Made by a program: the position numbers and the translations under genes. From Octopus vulgaris (lineage: Eukaryota), in NCBI GenBank assembly GCA_951406725.2, contig OX597815.1, positions 35,340,001-35,404,000 on the forward strand: a stretch of 64,000 nt of DNA, written 5' to 3'. Shown here piece after piece: positions 27,060 through 41,162 of this stretch. Under the pieces are notes generated by a model. The model was not told the origin of the DNA, made no database searches, and was given only the letters and a program-made list of their open reading frames with translations. Position 1 is the first letter of the stretch. Every line of letters begins with the position of its first letter.

Positions 27060-27940
27060 AGAATTTCTACGTTTTTGTGCAAATTTGTTGGTGCATAACC
27101 CAATGCACCTATGATGATAGGTACAAATGAGAATCCATAGTCAGGATACAAAAGCAGTAAATTCCACATTAATTCCCCATAAATGTTCTCTTTTCCCTGG
27201 ACTTCCCTGGACTTCTACATTAACGTCTGCTGGGCGGCTGACCTCTACAACAGTGCATGACTTTTGTTCCCTGCCCCACAGAACAATGTCAAGTTTGTTA
27301 TGTTTGCACCGGACTGATGTTTTTACTGGTGTTTTCCACCAGTATTCCTTGTTTGATCATTCGTGATAGGGGAGATAGACAAGCCGTTAATGTACATGTT
27401 TTCTGCCTGATCGACAATCTTTCCTAGTTTGAATATCACGTATGAGCATTCATCTTTCCCAAACTCCAGTCCTATATCTCGTGAGAATGTTGTGACTAAT
27501 TCTTATTGTCTCTTCATGTTGATCATATTACTTGAATATAACTTAAGGTCATCAACAAAAAATGTGTGGGTGACCTTAACTTTATTTTTTTCTGCATATC
27601 CCAGCATATAGCCTTAGCATTTTGTTAACAGGATTGACAAGGGATTCACTACTAGTAAAAACAACATTACAGATAAACTATCACCCTAGAATATGCCTGT
27701 TGATAACTTAATTTTGTTTGTAAAAATAGGTGTTGCGTTAGTAGTTGTCAGTGATACCTGTGTGGACCATGTTGTGGTCAGTCTTTAAATGGACCATCTG
27801 TGGACCATGTTGTGGTCAGTTTTCCCTATAGCAGCTGATACTTTGGCAAGTTGTAATGATTCTATCATCCATGAGTGAAGGACAGAGTCGAACGCCTTCT
27901 TGTAGTCTCGCCATGTCGTTAAGAGATTACGGCAATGTTG
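27060..27940 (-). mobile_element. Dong/R4-type LINE reverse transcriptase remnant
   Basis: Minus-strand motifs WRDYKKAFDSVLHSWMIESL, GIF*GDSLS and HTFFVDDLKLY with stops and frameshifts. Confidence 0.8.
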
Positions 27941-28049
<109 letters not shown>

Positions 28050-29599
28050 GAAGCATTGCAAACCTTACTACAAAAAGTAGTCCTAAAATTGATTTTTCCC
28101 ATCTTAAGTTTGCGCTCATATATGAGACTGCTCGCAATGGCCCGATGGCTGATTGAATAAGTTATAAGAGCTTCTACTCCTAGATCAGATGTTCAAGTCC
28201 AATATTGGCCTTCGTTCTTTGAGAAGTGCCCTTTATTCCATGCACAGATTTATACATAACCATTGCAAATATATACCAATACAATGATGGCTCGCTTTCC
28301 AATCAGTAGACATTTTAAACTACCACTTTACCTTTTGTGTATTTTGCTTCATGCCAAACTCACCAGTTTGGACTGTGTACGTATGTAGAGGGGCGTTTAG
28401 TCATTAGAGACATATATGTATATTTTTAGGATTATACAGAATCTTTGAATCCCTCTGGTTAAGCTACCATCATATTTAAAGTAATATACCAATTTTCAAT
28501 TTAAGGCTTCGCTTCCGCCTGTCATGATTTTACAAGTCACAGAAATGGAAATGATATTTCTAATAAACTATAGATTTCAAACCCACTCAGGCGCACTTTC
28601 CGGTATTTGTGTTTCTTACATTTGTAATTCTCTAATTTTTCTTCTCTATAGTCCCAATTTTAGTTATTCTTATTGTGTGTGCCGAGTCATTCGTAATTGA
28701 ATGTATTTATAATTAAAAAAACGTTCCGGCTGTGGTCATCTAGTCGTTCATTCATTCACAGGACTACATTAACTAATGTGCCATTCTTTTCTTGAAGATG
28801 GTAGAGCGTGACTTGAGGGATATTTGTTGTTATTTCTAGCGGATCGAGTGACCATCTTGAGACTTGGTCCTGTAGTAATTTACTGAGACAGCCGAGACTT
28901 CCCTTTTTATATTCTTGAATTTAAAAGAGTTTTTAATGTGTCCTCCTCCAACTAAATCTTAATATCAATTAAAACAATATGTGGAAGGGAATTGCCAGAT
29001 GTTATTGTCATGAATATGACACAAGCGAAAACATGTAGCTGCCAATAGTAACGGTAATACATTCCATCCAAGAACTCTTCCTGAAAATATTTCTCTTTCT
29101 ACAAACGATAGAGAAATATAGAGAAACTAATACCGGAAGCGCAAAAAAATTATTGTGAGTAGAAGAACATTTAAAGTAGTATCATTTGTCGGTTTGATAT
29201 CTACAGATGGCAATGTTATGTTCCAGCGCAGAATTCTTTTAAGTTCCATTCAGCTACATTTCCTGTTCTCTTTGCACTTTCCATTCAATACTCCTTTATT
29301 TGTATTTTTTGTGGGGTGGTGAAATTCGAACATTATTTATAGATCTGTTTAAATATTCATTATGAAACAATAACAATTCGTATCAAAAGTATTTAATTCT
29401 AGTATTCATATCAGCATTCATAGGTTTACGATTATTTATACGACTATAAGTATGTGCGTTAATTGCATTTGTTGAATATGAAACTGGAATACAGATAAGT
29501 TATCCGTAACGAATTCTGTATTTTCCATAATAAACAAACTCATAACTACACCTATATATACATAAATACACATACATTGATAGACAAAACACACTGGCA

Positions 29600-29921
<322 letters not shown>

Positions 29922-30144
29922 GAAAGATACGTGGAGCAATGCGGAATCACACCTTGAGCAGCTACTGTCGACTTTTCCATAACCGCTAAAACAACATAAA
30001 GTGATAATGAGGTTTATTGTGAAAAAATAAAATGCATCAAACTTATTTAATGATACATATCTCTATCAAAAAGACTAAACAGCTTTTCACATAAAGTATT
30101 ACACGTAAACGCATACTTACGCAGACACAAGCATGTATATATAC

Positions 30145-30197
<53 letters not shown>

Positions 30198-31311
30198 AAT
30201 ACATATATATGTATGTAGGTATGTGTGTATGTATGTATGACACACATACACACATGGAGTGAGCTTATAGTGTTAAATCCCTTTAGTGTTTCAACGAATA
30301 TGGTGATGTATCCTGGGATCGACCAGTATACATCACCATATTATCAGACAAACATCTGCATCATAATTTGTTTGACTGAATTATTTATTCCTTCGGATTT
30401 TCCCATAAATATTCAATGCTGAGATGCTCCTCTTTTTTTCTCTATTTGTACTTTTAAGCTTTTTTTTTTCTTTTCTATACATATCTGCATTTGTACTTGA
30501 GTCTATGTGTGTGTATTTTATGTGTGTAGGTGCATGTATGGGTGTGTTGCAAATGCCTGAACCGACGTTGATCAATTCTTAAAATCATAGCTTACCCATT
30601 CCCTTTTCATTCGCGGCAGACAAAATATCCAGTAAAGTATTGGAAAATCCTTCTTGAAATTGATAACGAAGTTCGTATGAATTTTAAATGTATGAACCTT
30701 CGGTGTTTCTCCGATGAAGCACCGTAATTTGTTTTGCATAGAAATCATTCTTGCATTTTTCTATCCCTAAGGGACTTGATATTCGATAAATGAACAACGA
30801 AAAGGAGTTAGAATGTGAGATAATTGAATTGTGAGGCGTGACTTGATGTTTAAAGAAAAAAATTGCATATTGCAGAAATTTCTCGAACTAGTTTGATAAA
30901 GCAAATGGAAAGGATGATGCACGCGTTCGTTGGGAGGGAAGTATTTTATTCTTAATTATTGATTTCTAACATTGGCAGAAGTACAAACATTTTGAGGAAG
31001 GCACAGTCGATTCAAAACAACTCAATACTTAACTGATAATTATTTTATCGAGCACTGGTATAATGATTTATTTCTAACATGGCTATGAAGCCGTGTATTT
31101 TTAGAAGACACGGGCGATTAAAACAACCTGACTACTTGACTGGTTATTATTATTAGTTATGAAAGGTAAAGTCAACGTCGATGAGATTCGAAGGTAGAAA
31201 TAAAAGATCTAAATGCTAAAAGAAATTTGGTCCAGCGCTTTACCGATACTATCGTAAACCAACGTATGATTTTGTACCATTAATTCAAAGGATATAGTAA
31301 CAATAATAATG

Positions 31312-31522
31312 ATTCCAAATTCTGGCACAGGGCCAGTCAATTCGGAGAAGGGGGTAAGTCAATTACATTGACCCCAGTGTTCAACTGGTACTTATTTTAT
31401 CGACCTCGAAAGGATGACAGGCAAAGTTGACCTCGGCGGAATTTCAACTCAGGACGTAAAGACAGACGAAATATTGCATAGCATTTTACCCGGATCGCAA
31501 ACGTTTCTGATTGCTCACCACC
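31312..31522 (-). mobile_element. tRNA-derived SINE (family A, common tail)
   Basis: Matches the family A body GACCCCAGT..CTGGTACTT..GAAAGGATGA..GACCTCGGCGGAATTT. Confidence 0.85.
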
Positions 31523-31531
31523 TTTTTGATG

Positions 31532-31590
<59 letters not shown>

Positions 31591-31594
<4 letters not shown>

Positions 31595-32338
31595 TTGAGA
31601 TTGAAACTATAGACCAGGAGAGTGAAACTATAGACGACCTAATCTCAGGGTGAAGTCTTAGCACCTGTAGAATATAAAGCAAGATATCACAGAGTCGGCC
31701 AGTATTTACACTGGACAATATGTGGGCATTATAAAATCAAAACCGCTGTCAAATGGTATAAACACCATGCTGAAGATGTGACTGAGGGGAAAAATGTGTC
31801 GATTCTCTGGGACTTCCCCGTACATAACGACAAAACTATAAAAGCTAATAAACCGGATATTATTATAAAAGATCAGGCAAAAAAGATGTGTTTATTAATT
31901 GGCAAGAGTATTCCTTGCGATCACGATATAGCGGCGAAAGAATTTGACAAGATTAGTAAATATAAAGACCTGCTAATAGAAATTGAAAAAATGTGGCATC
32001 TCAAGGCGACCACAGTACCAGTGATTGTAGGATCTCTGGGAATGATAAAAAAAAAAGTACTGAAACCTATTTGAAAATGATTCCAGGCTTACCATCCCTA
32101 CAGGAAGTGCAAAAAATCGTGTTAACTGGAACGACTCATGTACTGAGAAGAGCATTATCGCCGTGAAAACATCCATTCATGAATTTATTTATTTATTTAT
32201 TAAGTTTTTTAAATACATATTTTACCTGTGAATTCGCGTGTGTAATCTGGGAATGCATTCAATGAGCTTCCCTGCCCTAGGTATACGGAAAACACTCGGC
32301 GAGAAATGGAAGAAAATTTGAAGAAAGAAGGAAAATGA
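31591..32338 (+). mobile_element. 5'-truncated Dong/R4-clade LINE (restriction-like endonuclease end plus 3' UTR)
   Basis: Motifs RYHRVGQYLHW, ILWDFPVHNDKTIKANKPDIII, KISKYKDL, VIVGSLG, VQKIVLTGTTHVLRRAL*. (AAT)n on both sides, consistent with Dong-type TAA-repeat targeting. Confidence 0.92.
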
Positions 32339-32378
32339 TAATAATAACGATGATAATAATAATAATAATAACAACAAC

Positions 32379-32419
<41 letters not shown>

Positions 32420-32444
32420 TAATTATAATAATAATAATAATAAT

Positions 32445-32998
32445 GCCCTGATGCAGTACCAGGCAATGGCTCTCATGGCCTCTGATCTTAACTGATTGGA
32501 AGTGTTATCATGTACATTGTTTTGTCTTGGTGTAAAAGATGGGCTACATCAAATATTCTGCTCAATACCACAGATTTGCTTGTCAGTTGTTTGACCTTAA
32601 CCAGTTGACTATGTCCCTTAGTGGCTGATGATATGTGCATCTCTGATCACGGGCAGAAGTAGTGGGGGAGCATCATAGCCATGTGTTGAGAGGGATTCTT
32701 TGGGGTTTGAATAATTCACCTCTGGAAACATTGGTGTTTCATTCAACATTCTTAAACAACCCTTCTTCAGGGACCTTTTGAGCAGGGTTGGCTACTCGAC
32801 CAGAAGAAAATTCTAACTGGGCCCCACCTGCAAGGTCATGTGCTGTTTATCTTGTTATGAGATCACCATGTCGCGCACATATGGTTGTGATGCATGTGCC
32901 TGGTATACCCTTATCAGACAGGTAGTCATGATGGATATACTGGGCTTCGTATAATTTACCCCAGTGTCACTTTGATGGCATGCACTGCTCTCTCACTC
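32445..32998 (+). mobile_element. 554-bp (AAT)n-associated non-coding element, copy 2
   Basis: GCCCTGATGCAGTACC...CTCTCACTC; same length and ends as copy 3. Confidence 0.9.
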
Positions 32999-33033
32999 AA
33001 TAATAATAATAATAATGATAATAATAATAATAT

Positions 33034-33066
<33 letters not shown>

Positions 33067-33219
33067 ATTAGCCATCAAGGCTCACATAAAAACTAGCAGG
33101 TCACAAAGTTGAGATTTCAAAAATAGAGAAGCATTTTGTTTACACCAAAATGTAAACAATAGCAACTTGATAAAAAGAAAATTTTAACGACGAAAATTTT
33201 CTGATAGCGGGAAGTCTAC

Positions 33220-33683
33220 CGAGAGCTATCCCTGAAAACCTACGAATTCTAAAAGAGCATACTCTGAGCAAGCCTGGATACTCGGACCATGTTCACCAGA
33301 CACCCACCTTTCAATGATTTTGCCGAAGCTAAGAGATTTCAGGAAATTTTCCATGACCAACCAATTGATTTTTCATCGACACTGAGAGTCTGCCCCAGAA
33401 CATCGTCATTTTTGTCCATCACTAATCCAGTGTAGATTTCCTGTCGCCCGCATTGTTCGACTAGGAGAGGACTGTGAGAGCTTGACACCATAATAAATGG
33501 CATCTTTGAGAAAGAGGTGGATGAGAGAGAAGAAAAAGGAGAAGAAGAAGAAGAAGAAGAAGAAGAAGAAGAAGAAGAAGAAGAAGAAGAAGAAGAAGAA
33601 GAAGAAGAAGAAGAAGAAGAAGAAGAAGAAGAAGAAGAAGAAGAAGAAGAAGAAGAAGAAGAAGAAGAAGAAGAAGAAGAGGA
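33220..33683 (+). mobile_element. Possible decayed RTE-type LINE 3' end with a long (GAA)n tract
   Basis: Faint resemblance to the W.GHV.R...LPK C-terminal motif. The pure (GAA)n at ~33541-33680 is certain; the LINE call is weak. Confidence 0.35.
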
Positions 33684-33779
33684 AGCCTTTCATCTTTAGC
33701 TGAATAGAATGCCCGTGAAAATTTGATTGTCCCTAAAACCTTAAATATTTCGATAAACTAATCGAAAATTTTTAGGAAA

Positions 33780-35165
33780 ATAAAGTGGTTTTACAAGAGT
33801 CCGCCCCAACAAGTACAGCTAACATTTATTCTGATTGTGATTTTTACACACAAAATATATTGTTAAAATAATATACGCGTGCGTTAATAAGGCGTATATG
33901 TGGGACAAACGAGACAGTTTTGACTACAAACAAAGTTAATATTGAGGAAATCCTAATAAAAGCAATAAGCGGATTAGAAGTGAACATAACAAAATTTATG
34001 ATCATGGACCGAGGTAAACATCCGACTATGCTGCAAACAAACAAACAATTTCACCATAAAAATTTAAAATTAATGATATTACTCAGCAAGAAATTCTGTC
34101 CACTGGAACTATTCGAACATCGACAGATTGTATGGTCTAACCTATGCAGTACAAGTGGCAGTACCAAGGGAAACAGATCCACCCACTCCTCATTTTCACT
34201 TCTACCCTTACCACAAAAAATTATTTTTAAATACGTGATATAGAAAACAGTTTTTAAAAAAGAGACTTAATCCTAAAGAACGAAGAGAAAAAAGTGATTC
34301 ACCATGAAAAAGAAGAGAAAAAATTCGAATAGCTAAAAATGAATAAACTCTAGAAGCGAAAAAAATCTTAAGCAAATCATATCAGCAAAAGTATTTGAGA
34401 TAAGACACTTCGAAAACGTGAGTGCTTCTTCAAAGAAAACAGGCTATTTGAGTTAAGTATTGAATTAAGTACTCTAAAAAGATTTTGGAGGAGCATTAAC
34501 AAAAAATAAAAGACCACTAGTTTCACATCAACAGCAACGGAAATTCACACAAGTGGGAGTAAATAAGATGACAAAAAACAATGAACGCAAGTAAAACAGC
34601 AAAATTAAACCAAAGGGAAGATTTTACAAATATATTATATGGTAGCGCATGCATCACCTAAAATAGCAGGTATGGAATTCACCAATACATTTAAAGCTAC
34701 AAGGAATTTTAAAGCTTTTAGCATTCAAAACGACCCCAGTTTCTTGCCAAAGTACCTCTCCAGCACGTATTGATATGTAGCAGTGACATTTAATGAGCTT
34801 GTAAGTAAACCGAAATCAACGTCTGGCTGGGTGCTGGACAGGGAAAACTACATTAATTCCTCAAAACAAAAGCACCAGAGACTCCCCAGACTATAGGCCA
34901 AGGATGTGTTTGCCAAAACCATATACAAAGCTCTTAGATCTGTTCTCTGCTACAGATTGGTTAGTCACAAAGAGAGCATAAACATTTTATCAAAGTAAGG
35001 ACACCGAAGTAAGGATACTAATGTAAGGACATCCCTTTTCGGGATGTATGGTTGTAAAAAGCAATTTCTACAAGACCGGGTTATAAGATGCCGCAAAAAG
35101 AAGAAAAAAAAAACAAGAGCAAAGACTGGATTGATTATCAAAAAGCTTTTGATAGTATACCACAC
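33780..35165 (+). mobile_element. Decayed Dong/R4-type LINE ORF (N-terminal region to RT domain)
   Basis: DYRP..CLP-like segment (~34888-34920), GMYGCKKQF and WIDYQKAFDSIPH (~35127-35165). The left boundary is approximate. Confidence 0.7.
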
Positions 35166-35242
35166 ACATACACACACAGACGCATATATACGTGTGTGTG
35201 TGTGTGTGTGTGTTCGTGCGTGCGCGCGCGCGTGTGTGTGTG

Positions 35243-35301
<59 letters not shown>

Positions 35302-35307
<6 letters not shown>

Positions 35308-35520
35308 CTTAGTGTTTAGAGCAGCATACTCACAGTCGAGAGATCGCGGATTCGAATCTCAGACCGGGCGATGTGTGTGTTTATGAGCGAAACACCTAAG
35401 CTCCATGCAGCTGCAGCTCTGGCAGAAGGTAATGGTCAACCTCTGCTGACTCTTTCGCCACAACGTTCTCTCACTCTTTCCTCCTGCATTTAGCAGCTCA
35501 CCTGCGACGGAACGGCGTCC
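35302..35520 (+). mobile_element. tRNA-derived SINE with a V-domain-like segment, 3' truncated
   Basis: TGGCTTAGTG A box, GGATTCGAATCTC B box; ends CCTGCGACGGAACGGCGTCC. Confidence 0.7.
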
Positions 35521-35530
35521 TTCTATAAAG

Positions 35531-36648
35531 TTATTCAATAAAGCCGATTTCAGCTTCAACAACTGCTTCTATATGAGATCTAAATCATCTACATGCTCAA
35601 ATCAAGTGGTCTTGGTTCATTTTTGACATTATTCTGACTATGGCAGCTTTCAAAGAATCTTTGGTGTTATGGGCGTGTTCATTAGCCTCTCTCTCAACAA
35701 CGCTCCACATATAATAGTCCAGTGGATTGAGATCTGGGGAATTAGATTAAATGTTAGGTGTTGTGTGATCATGAAAATTTTCAGCCATCCATTCCTGTTA
35801 CTAGAAGCATGTGTAATAGTGCAGAGTCTTCCTGAAACATATATGGCCTTCTGTTGCATACACTGTCTATCCAGAGCTTAACAATTATTTCCAGGACCAC
35901 AATGTAGGCAGCAGAGTTAACTCTAAGGCCTTGTGGAAAGAAGTAAGGTGGCAGCATGTGTCCTTCATTGCTGACAACCCCTAAAACCATAACAGTTGCA
36001 GGAAATTTTGTATGTTTGGAATTTCAGAAGGGTCTGCACATAACCATCTGTCATTTCTTTTTTTAACTTTTTGATCTTGGTCGAAGTTTTTCTCGTTTGA
36101 GAAAAAACAAATCAAATCTTCTGCTGAATTTTTTAGCTAGTTTAGAAGCTTTTTAGATCTGATGGAGTGATTTTCTTTTGCTTTTTCTGACAAATTAGCC
36201 TTTCTTCATCATATAAGACTTATATCTGATGTCTTCGTAGACAACACTTCTGACTGTTCCTTCTTACACATGGAGATCTTTTGTAATTGAACTCATGGAC
36301 TTTCTGGGATTGTAATCAATGATCAGTTGAACTTGCTGGAAAATTCAGGTGTTCTGATGATTTCAGAGTGTTTAGAATGCTTTTTATGCTTTGATACTGG
36401 TAATAAGTTTCCATCTTCAGTCTCAAGCTCCTTACAAACTTTGTAGACGAAAGATCTGAAAACTTTTAAAAATCGAGATATTTCTAAATCGCTATGCTTA
36501 CTATTTATAACCACAATAACAACATGCCTCTTCATTTCTTGAGTAAGTCTCTATTATTATTTTCTGAAACAAAGATTATACAGAGTTAGCAAAAAAATGC
36601 AGCAATGACCCAAAAATGTATGTCCTCAAATACTTTACGCACTCTGTG
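35531..36648 (-). mobile_element. Tc1/mariner superfamily (maT/DD37D-like) transposase pseudogene
   Basis: Fragments MKRHVVIV..LEISRFLKV (HTH), MVLGVVSNEGHMLPPYFF..MFQEDSA, NSPDLNPLDYYMW and C-terminal FRSHIEAVVEAEIGFIE*; multiple frameshifts. Confidence 0.9.
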
Positions 36649-36678
36649 TGTATGTGTATATATATATATATATATATA

Positions 36679-37330
36679 TTGGGTCATCCCATAAATAATG
36701 TTTTTTATACTACTTTCATTTTTCAAAACTAAAATATACAAAGTTCTACTTTAATCTGAAATATACTCTCCTTCATTTCCTACAATGGTTTCCCATCTAA
36801 CTAGTAGACTTGCAAGACCTCTCTTCCAAAGTTCACTTGTCCGTGACGAAAAATACTCCTTCAGTACTATTCTGACCACTTCTACGGAATTCATATTTTT
36901 TTCTGTCCAAATGATCTTGAAGACTTCAAAATAAATGATAATGAAGTGGGGCAATGTGCAGCAAATATGGTGGGTGAGGTATCACTTCTCATTCAAACTG
37001 CTGCTGCTTTTAGAATGTCATCCTCGCTGTATGTGGTCGAGCATTATCCTAATGGAAGAACAACTTTCGTCTTGAAACCAAAAACGTGGGTTTCAAAGTT
37101 CAAAGTAGACTAAACCTTTCGTATCCCACCAAAGAGATAACAACACCTTATGTGGGTGAAGACCTTCTTTAGCCTGGGGTGTCGGTGTTTCTCCATTCCT
37201 TACCCACTGTCTTCGGCGCTTGACATTTTCATAGAGAATCCATTTCTCGTCACCAGTCACTCTTCGGTCCAAAAAATGAGACGTTACAGCATAGAAGAGC
37301 AAACATTCGCTCTCTGCGTGCGATTAGTTT
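36679..37330 (-). mobile_element. mariner (DD34D) transposase remnant, 3' part with one TIR
   Basis: VTGDEKWILYEN..WV..LHPHKVLLSLWWD, DNARPHT, HPPY and EGEYISD*; TA-TTGGGTCATCCCATAAAT terminus. Confidence 0.92.
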
Positions 37331-37609
37331 GGGAAGAAACCATTTACCCAAGCGGGTGTATGTACCAGTGAGGTACAACAGTTAGTCATTTTACATCAAT
37401 AATTCCCCCTCCACCTCCCCTCATCTCTCCCTCTCTCTCCCTCTCTTTCTTTCTTTCTTTTTCTCCCTCCCTTCATTTCCTCTCTATTTATCTCTATTCT
37501 CTATGATCTGAAATATTTATATTACATTGTACATTCACTCAAGATATAAAATAAACTGCGAAAAACTTCACTATGCTTATCCATTTTCAAGATAGCAACA
37601 ATAGCAGCG

Positions 37610-37701
<92 letters not shown>
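37610..37701. repeat. (TAG)n microsatellite
   Basis: Seen directly. Confidence 0.98.
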
Positions 37702-38252
37702 TAAACCTCCACACCAGCACACGTGAAATGACAGGATTCAGAAAGTTGCAAACTGTTATCAATATGAATTCTACTTAGAAAAAATTAATTTCTCACTAAC
37801 GAATCTACTAAATAAGTAATTAACCAAGGCAAACCGATATTTTCTTTCTAATTATTTTCTTCAGGCGGGTAGACTGAGGTGGATGTGGGATCAAATGAAT
37901 TCCATTTTGCATTTCAAATCCTGATTGCAAATCCCTTTCAAGAATTCATGACCAAATAAGTGAGAATTTTTTTGCCTTAAATATTTGGATGGGTTCCAGC
38001 GGGAGCTGCTACATATATACATATATACGTATGCGAATATATATATATAGAGAGAGAGAGACACACATACACACGAATACACACACACGCACACACACAC
38101 ACACATAACTTAATACACATATATTTGTATGTTTGTATGAGTGTATGTATACATACTACATACATACGTAAACATTGAAACCAAATAACACAACTATAAC
38201 TATGCGTATATATACATCTATATATATACATACATATATATATACATATATA

Positions 38253-38294
<42 letters not shown>

Positions 38295-39228
38295 GATTTA
38301 GATTTATACACACATATATATATATATACAATTATATAAATCTTATTTCGTTGCATGTACGTACATATGCACTCAAATAATGCAAGAAATTTTTTATGTA
38401 TATGTATTCAAATATACACACCCGCGCAAGTGTGCATTTAATCGCGCGCGCAAAAGTGTGCGTATGAGGGGAAGTGGATGCCCTCATGGCTCTGAATATA
38501 CAGATATACATAGATGCATATATACATATAGCCATATGTCTATACATACACGCGTACATACCTATGTACATACATAAAAATGGCTGATGAAAGTATTATC
38601 TTAACGAATGCATCTCAGTCAATTGTTCTGTAATTGTCCTCGATTAATACTAAGCAGAGAAATATTCTCTCTGTGAATATCAGGTTCGTTTCCCTAATGA
38701 ATAATTCTCAGGTAAAAAAAAGTAGAAAAAACATGAACCAAAACACAAAAAATACTTTTTATTTTCTATCTTGTAGAGTGATTACTTGGAAATATTTTCA
38801 TTCGTGTTCTTTCTTTCTTGTATTTTTAAAAAAGTTTCTATATATTTATATATCTAGTTCCGTTGATTTCAGTTGGTTTTTGTTTTTGTTGTTGTTATTG
38901 GTGGTGGTGGTGGTGGCGGCGGCGGCGGTGGTGGCGGGGGGTGGGGTGATGTGTTTGTAGTGTTTGTTGTTTCTGGTGTTTTTATGCTGAAGCATTTGAG
39001 GAAACAAATATGCTTCACTTGAATAAGTAATGATAGGAGAAAGAAAAGCTTAGTCATACGCGAAGATATATTCATACTCACACAGACACATATGCACAGA
39101 TATGGGTGCACATGTGTGTACATATGTAGTATATGAATATGTGTGTGTGTATTTGTGTGTGCATAGGCATACACATATTAATATTGATAATGCATGTATG
39201 TTTATATATCTATATGACTGTAAGCACA

Positions 39229-39277
<49 letters not shown>

Positions 39278-39380
39278 CTTTCTTCTTTTACTTGTTTCAT
39301 TCATTTGACTGCTGCCATGCTGGTGCACTGCCTTTAGTCGAACAAATCGACCCCAGGACTTAATAATAATAATAATAATG

Positions 39381-39480
<100 letters not shown>

Positions 39481-39499
39481 CAACAACAACAACAACAAC

Positions 39500-39650
39500 A
39501 TCGAAAAATATCTTAGGACTGAGAACACAGGTTCGAAATTTCCCCAAGACACCTGATGAAGTCTGGAGGGTGTATCAGCCGAAGCGTTGTGTTAACAACA
39601 AGCAAGATGAGGAGAAATATCCGTCAAATGTTAATAATGTAAATAATGTA
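39500..39650 (+). mobile_element. Hammerhead-bearing tail unit (family H3), third copy
   Basis: Near-identical to 16151-16297; hammerhead at 39548-39592 has GAAA->GAAG. Preceded by (AAT)n and a family C SINE tail fragment (~39280-39360, minus strand). Confidence 0.85.
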
Positions 39651-39654
39651 GAAT

Positions 39655-41162
39655 TTATGCAGCAACAGCAGAAGAAAAGAGTGAAGAAGTAAGTCTGGAA
39701 GAATTAAGTAATTTTTTTTAAATGCTTAAAAGGGAGGGGAACGAAGTGAAGGTGTTTCCCCCCAAAGAAGTTTTAAAGGAGAAACAAGAAAGGACAATTA
39801 TTTACAGGATGTACTCTGTAGCAGGAAAGAGAATTGGAGTTATGTCGGCGATGCAAGTCAAGAAGGCACTGAGACCAATCTGGCAAGGGAGTTCCTACCT
39901 TGCCAGAGGAAAAAAGTTTGGAACGGTGGAGGCGGACGACCGGGAGGTAGCTACCGCCAGGTTGCACTCAGCAACACGGCTGAGACCTGATGAAGTGGTT
40001 CTTCTACCCGTATACCTTGGGAGACGTGCTTCCAGGATTAGGGTAGAGGAAATGCCCCCAGAATTGTATGTAACCTGGCTGGTGGCTACCATACTGCTAG
40101 GCATGGAGGAGAAGGTGGTGGCCCTCCAGGCCACCAGACCACTCCACAGGAACTGGCAGTGACAAATCCTTGACATGATGGTACAAGTTGCAGAGAAAGA
40201 TATTGAAAATATGGTCGAGACCATCACGGTCGGAGAGGCAACACTCAGAGTTAGAATGAAAGGATACTGCAGAGCTATAAATGTGACCTGAAAGACCACA
40301 TTAGAGCGGATCGTCCTCCACCACTCGTGAAGGATAAAGGGAAACAAGAGAATGAGAGGGAAATTGAGACTTCACCAGCGACCAAAACCAGTACAAGCGT
40401 TGAGGAGGAAGAAGTGAAGGAGGAAAGGAACGGATAGGAAGCGGCTCGGAAGAAAAAAGAAAGAGAAGAAAAAGATTACACATTGTAAATGATGACCCCC
40501 ATCCCATACCCACCCGACTCCCACCCACACCCACTCTGCCCCAACCACTCCTACAGACACCAACCCTCTCCATGCCCTACCTGAAATAAAGACATGCTCA
40601 AACACACAGGAACCCCAAAATTCCCCACCCTCATCCGGTAATGAAAAGTATGTTATACTGTACGATGGTGAGAATGAAAAACTTGAAGAGACAAACTCGT
40701 GGAATAGAGTGATAAAAGCGGACATAGCATGATTGAAGGGGTTGCCCAGGTACATGCAACAGTGTGATGGCAGACCCGGGGGTGCCTTTCAAGATTAAAG
40801 GATTACGAGGAAGACTGTGACTATGAGTGGTGAATAAAGAAAATAGACACCAGCACAAAGCCTGGATGAGTAAGCTGCTTTGATATTAAAATAAATTATA
40901 ACAAAAACGAAATATAACAAATATTTTGCGTAAAAATGAAAACTAGTGTTACAAATAGTGTTTTAAACCATTGTCTAAAAAAAGAAGTTGTATTAACAAG
41001 TTCAATGAAGTCGCTCGGATGTGGGGCCGAATGGCTTCATTCCATTCTTTCATTACATTCGTTCATCTTTTCCATTCGTTTTGTGTTTTTTTTTTCTTTG
41101 TCCTCACCTTGTGATGTCCCCTCTATGTAAGACCTTCATGGCCAATTTCATGAAATAAAGAA
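39655..41162 (+). mobile_element. Tx1/L1-type ORF1-only element (gag-like, zinc knuckle), pseudogenised
   Basis: ORF 39722-40162 continues past a stop as QILDMMVQV..LRV, then after a frameshift YKCDLKDHIRADRPP (~40275-40320, degenerate CX2CX4HX4C). No RT; ends TGTCCCCTCTATGT...AATAAAG. Confidence 0.7.
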
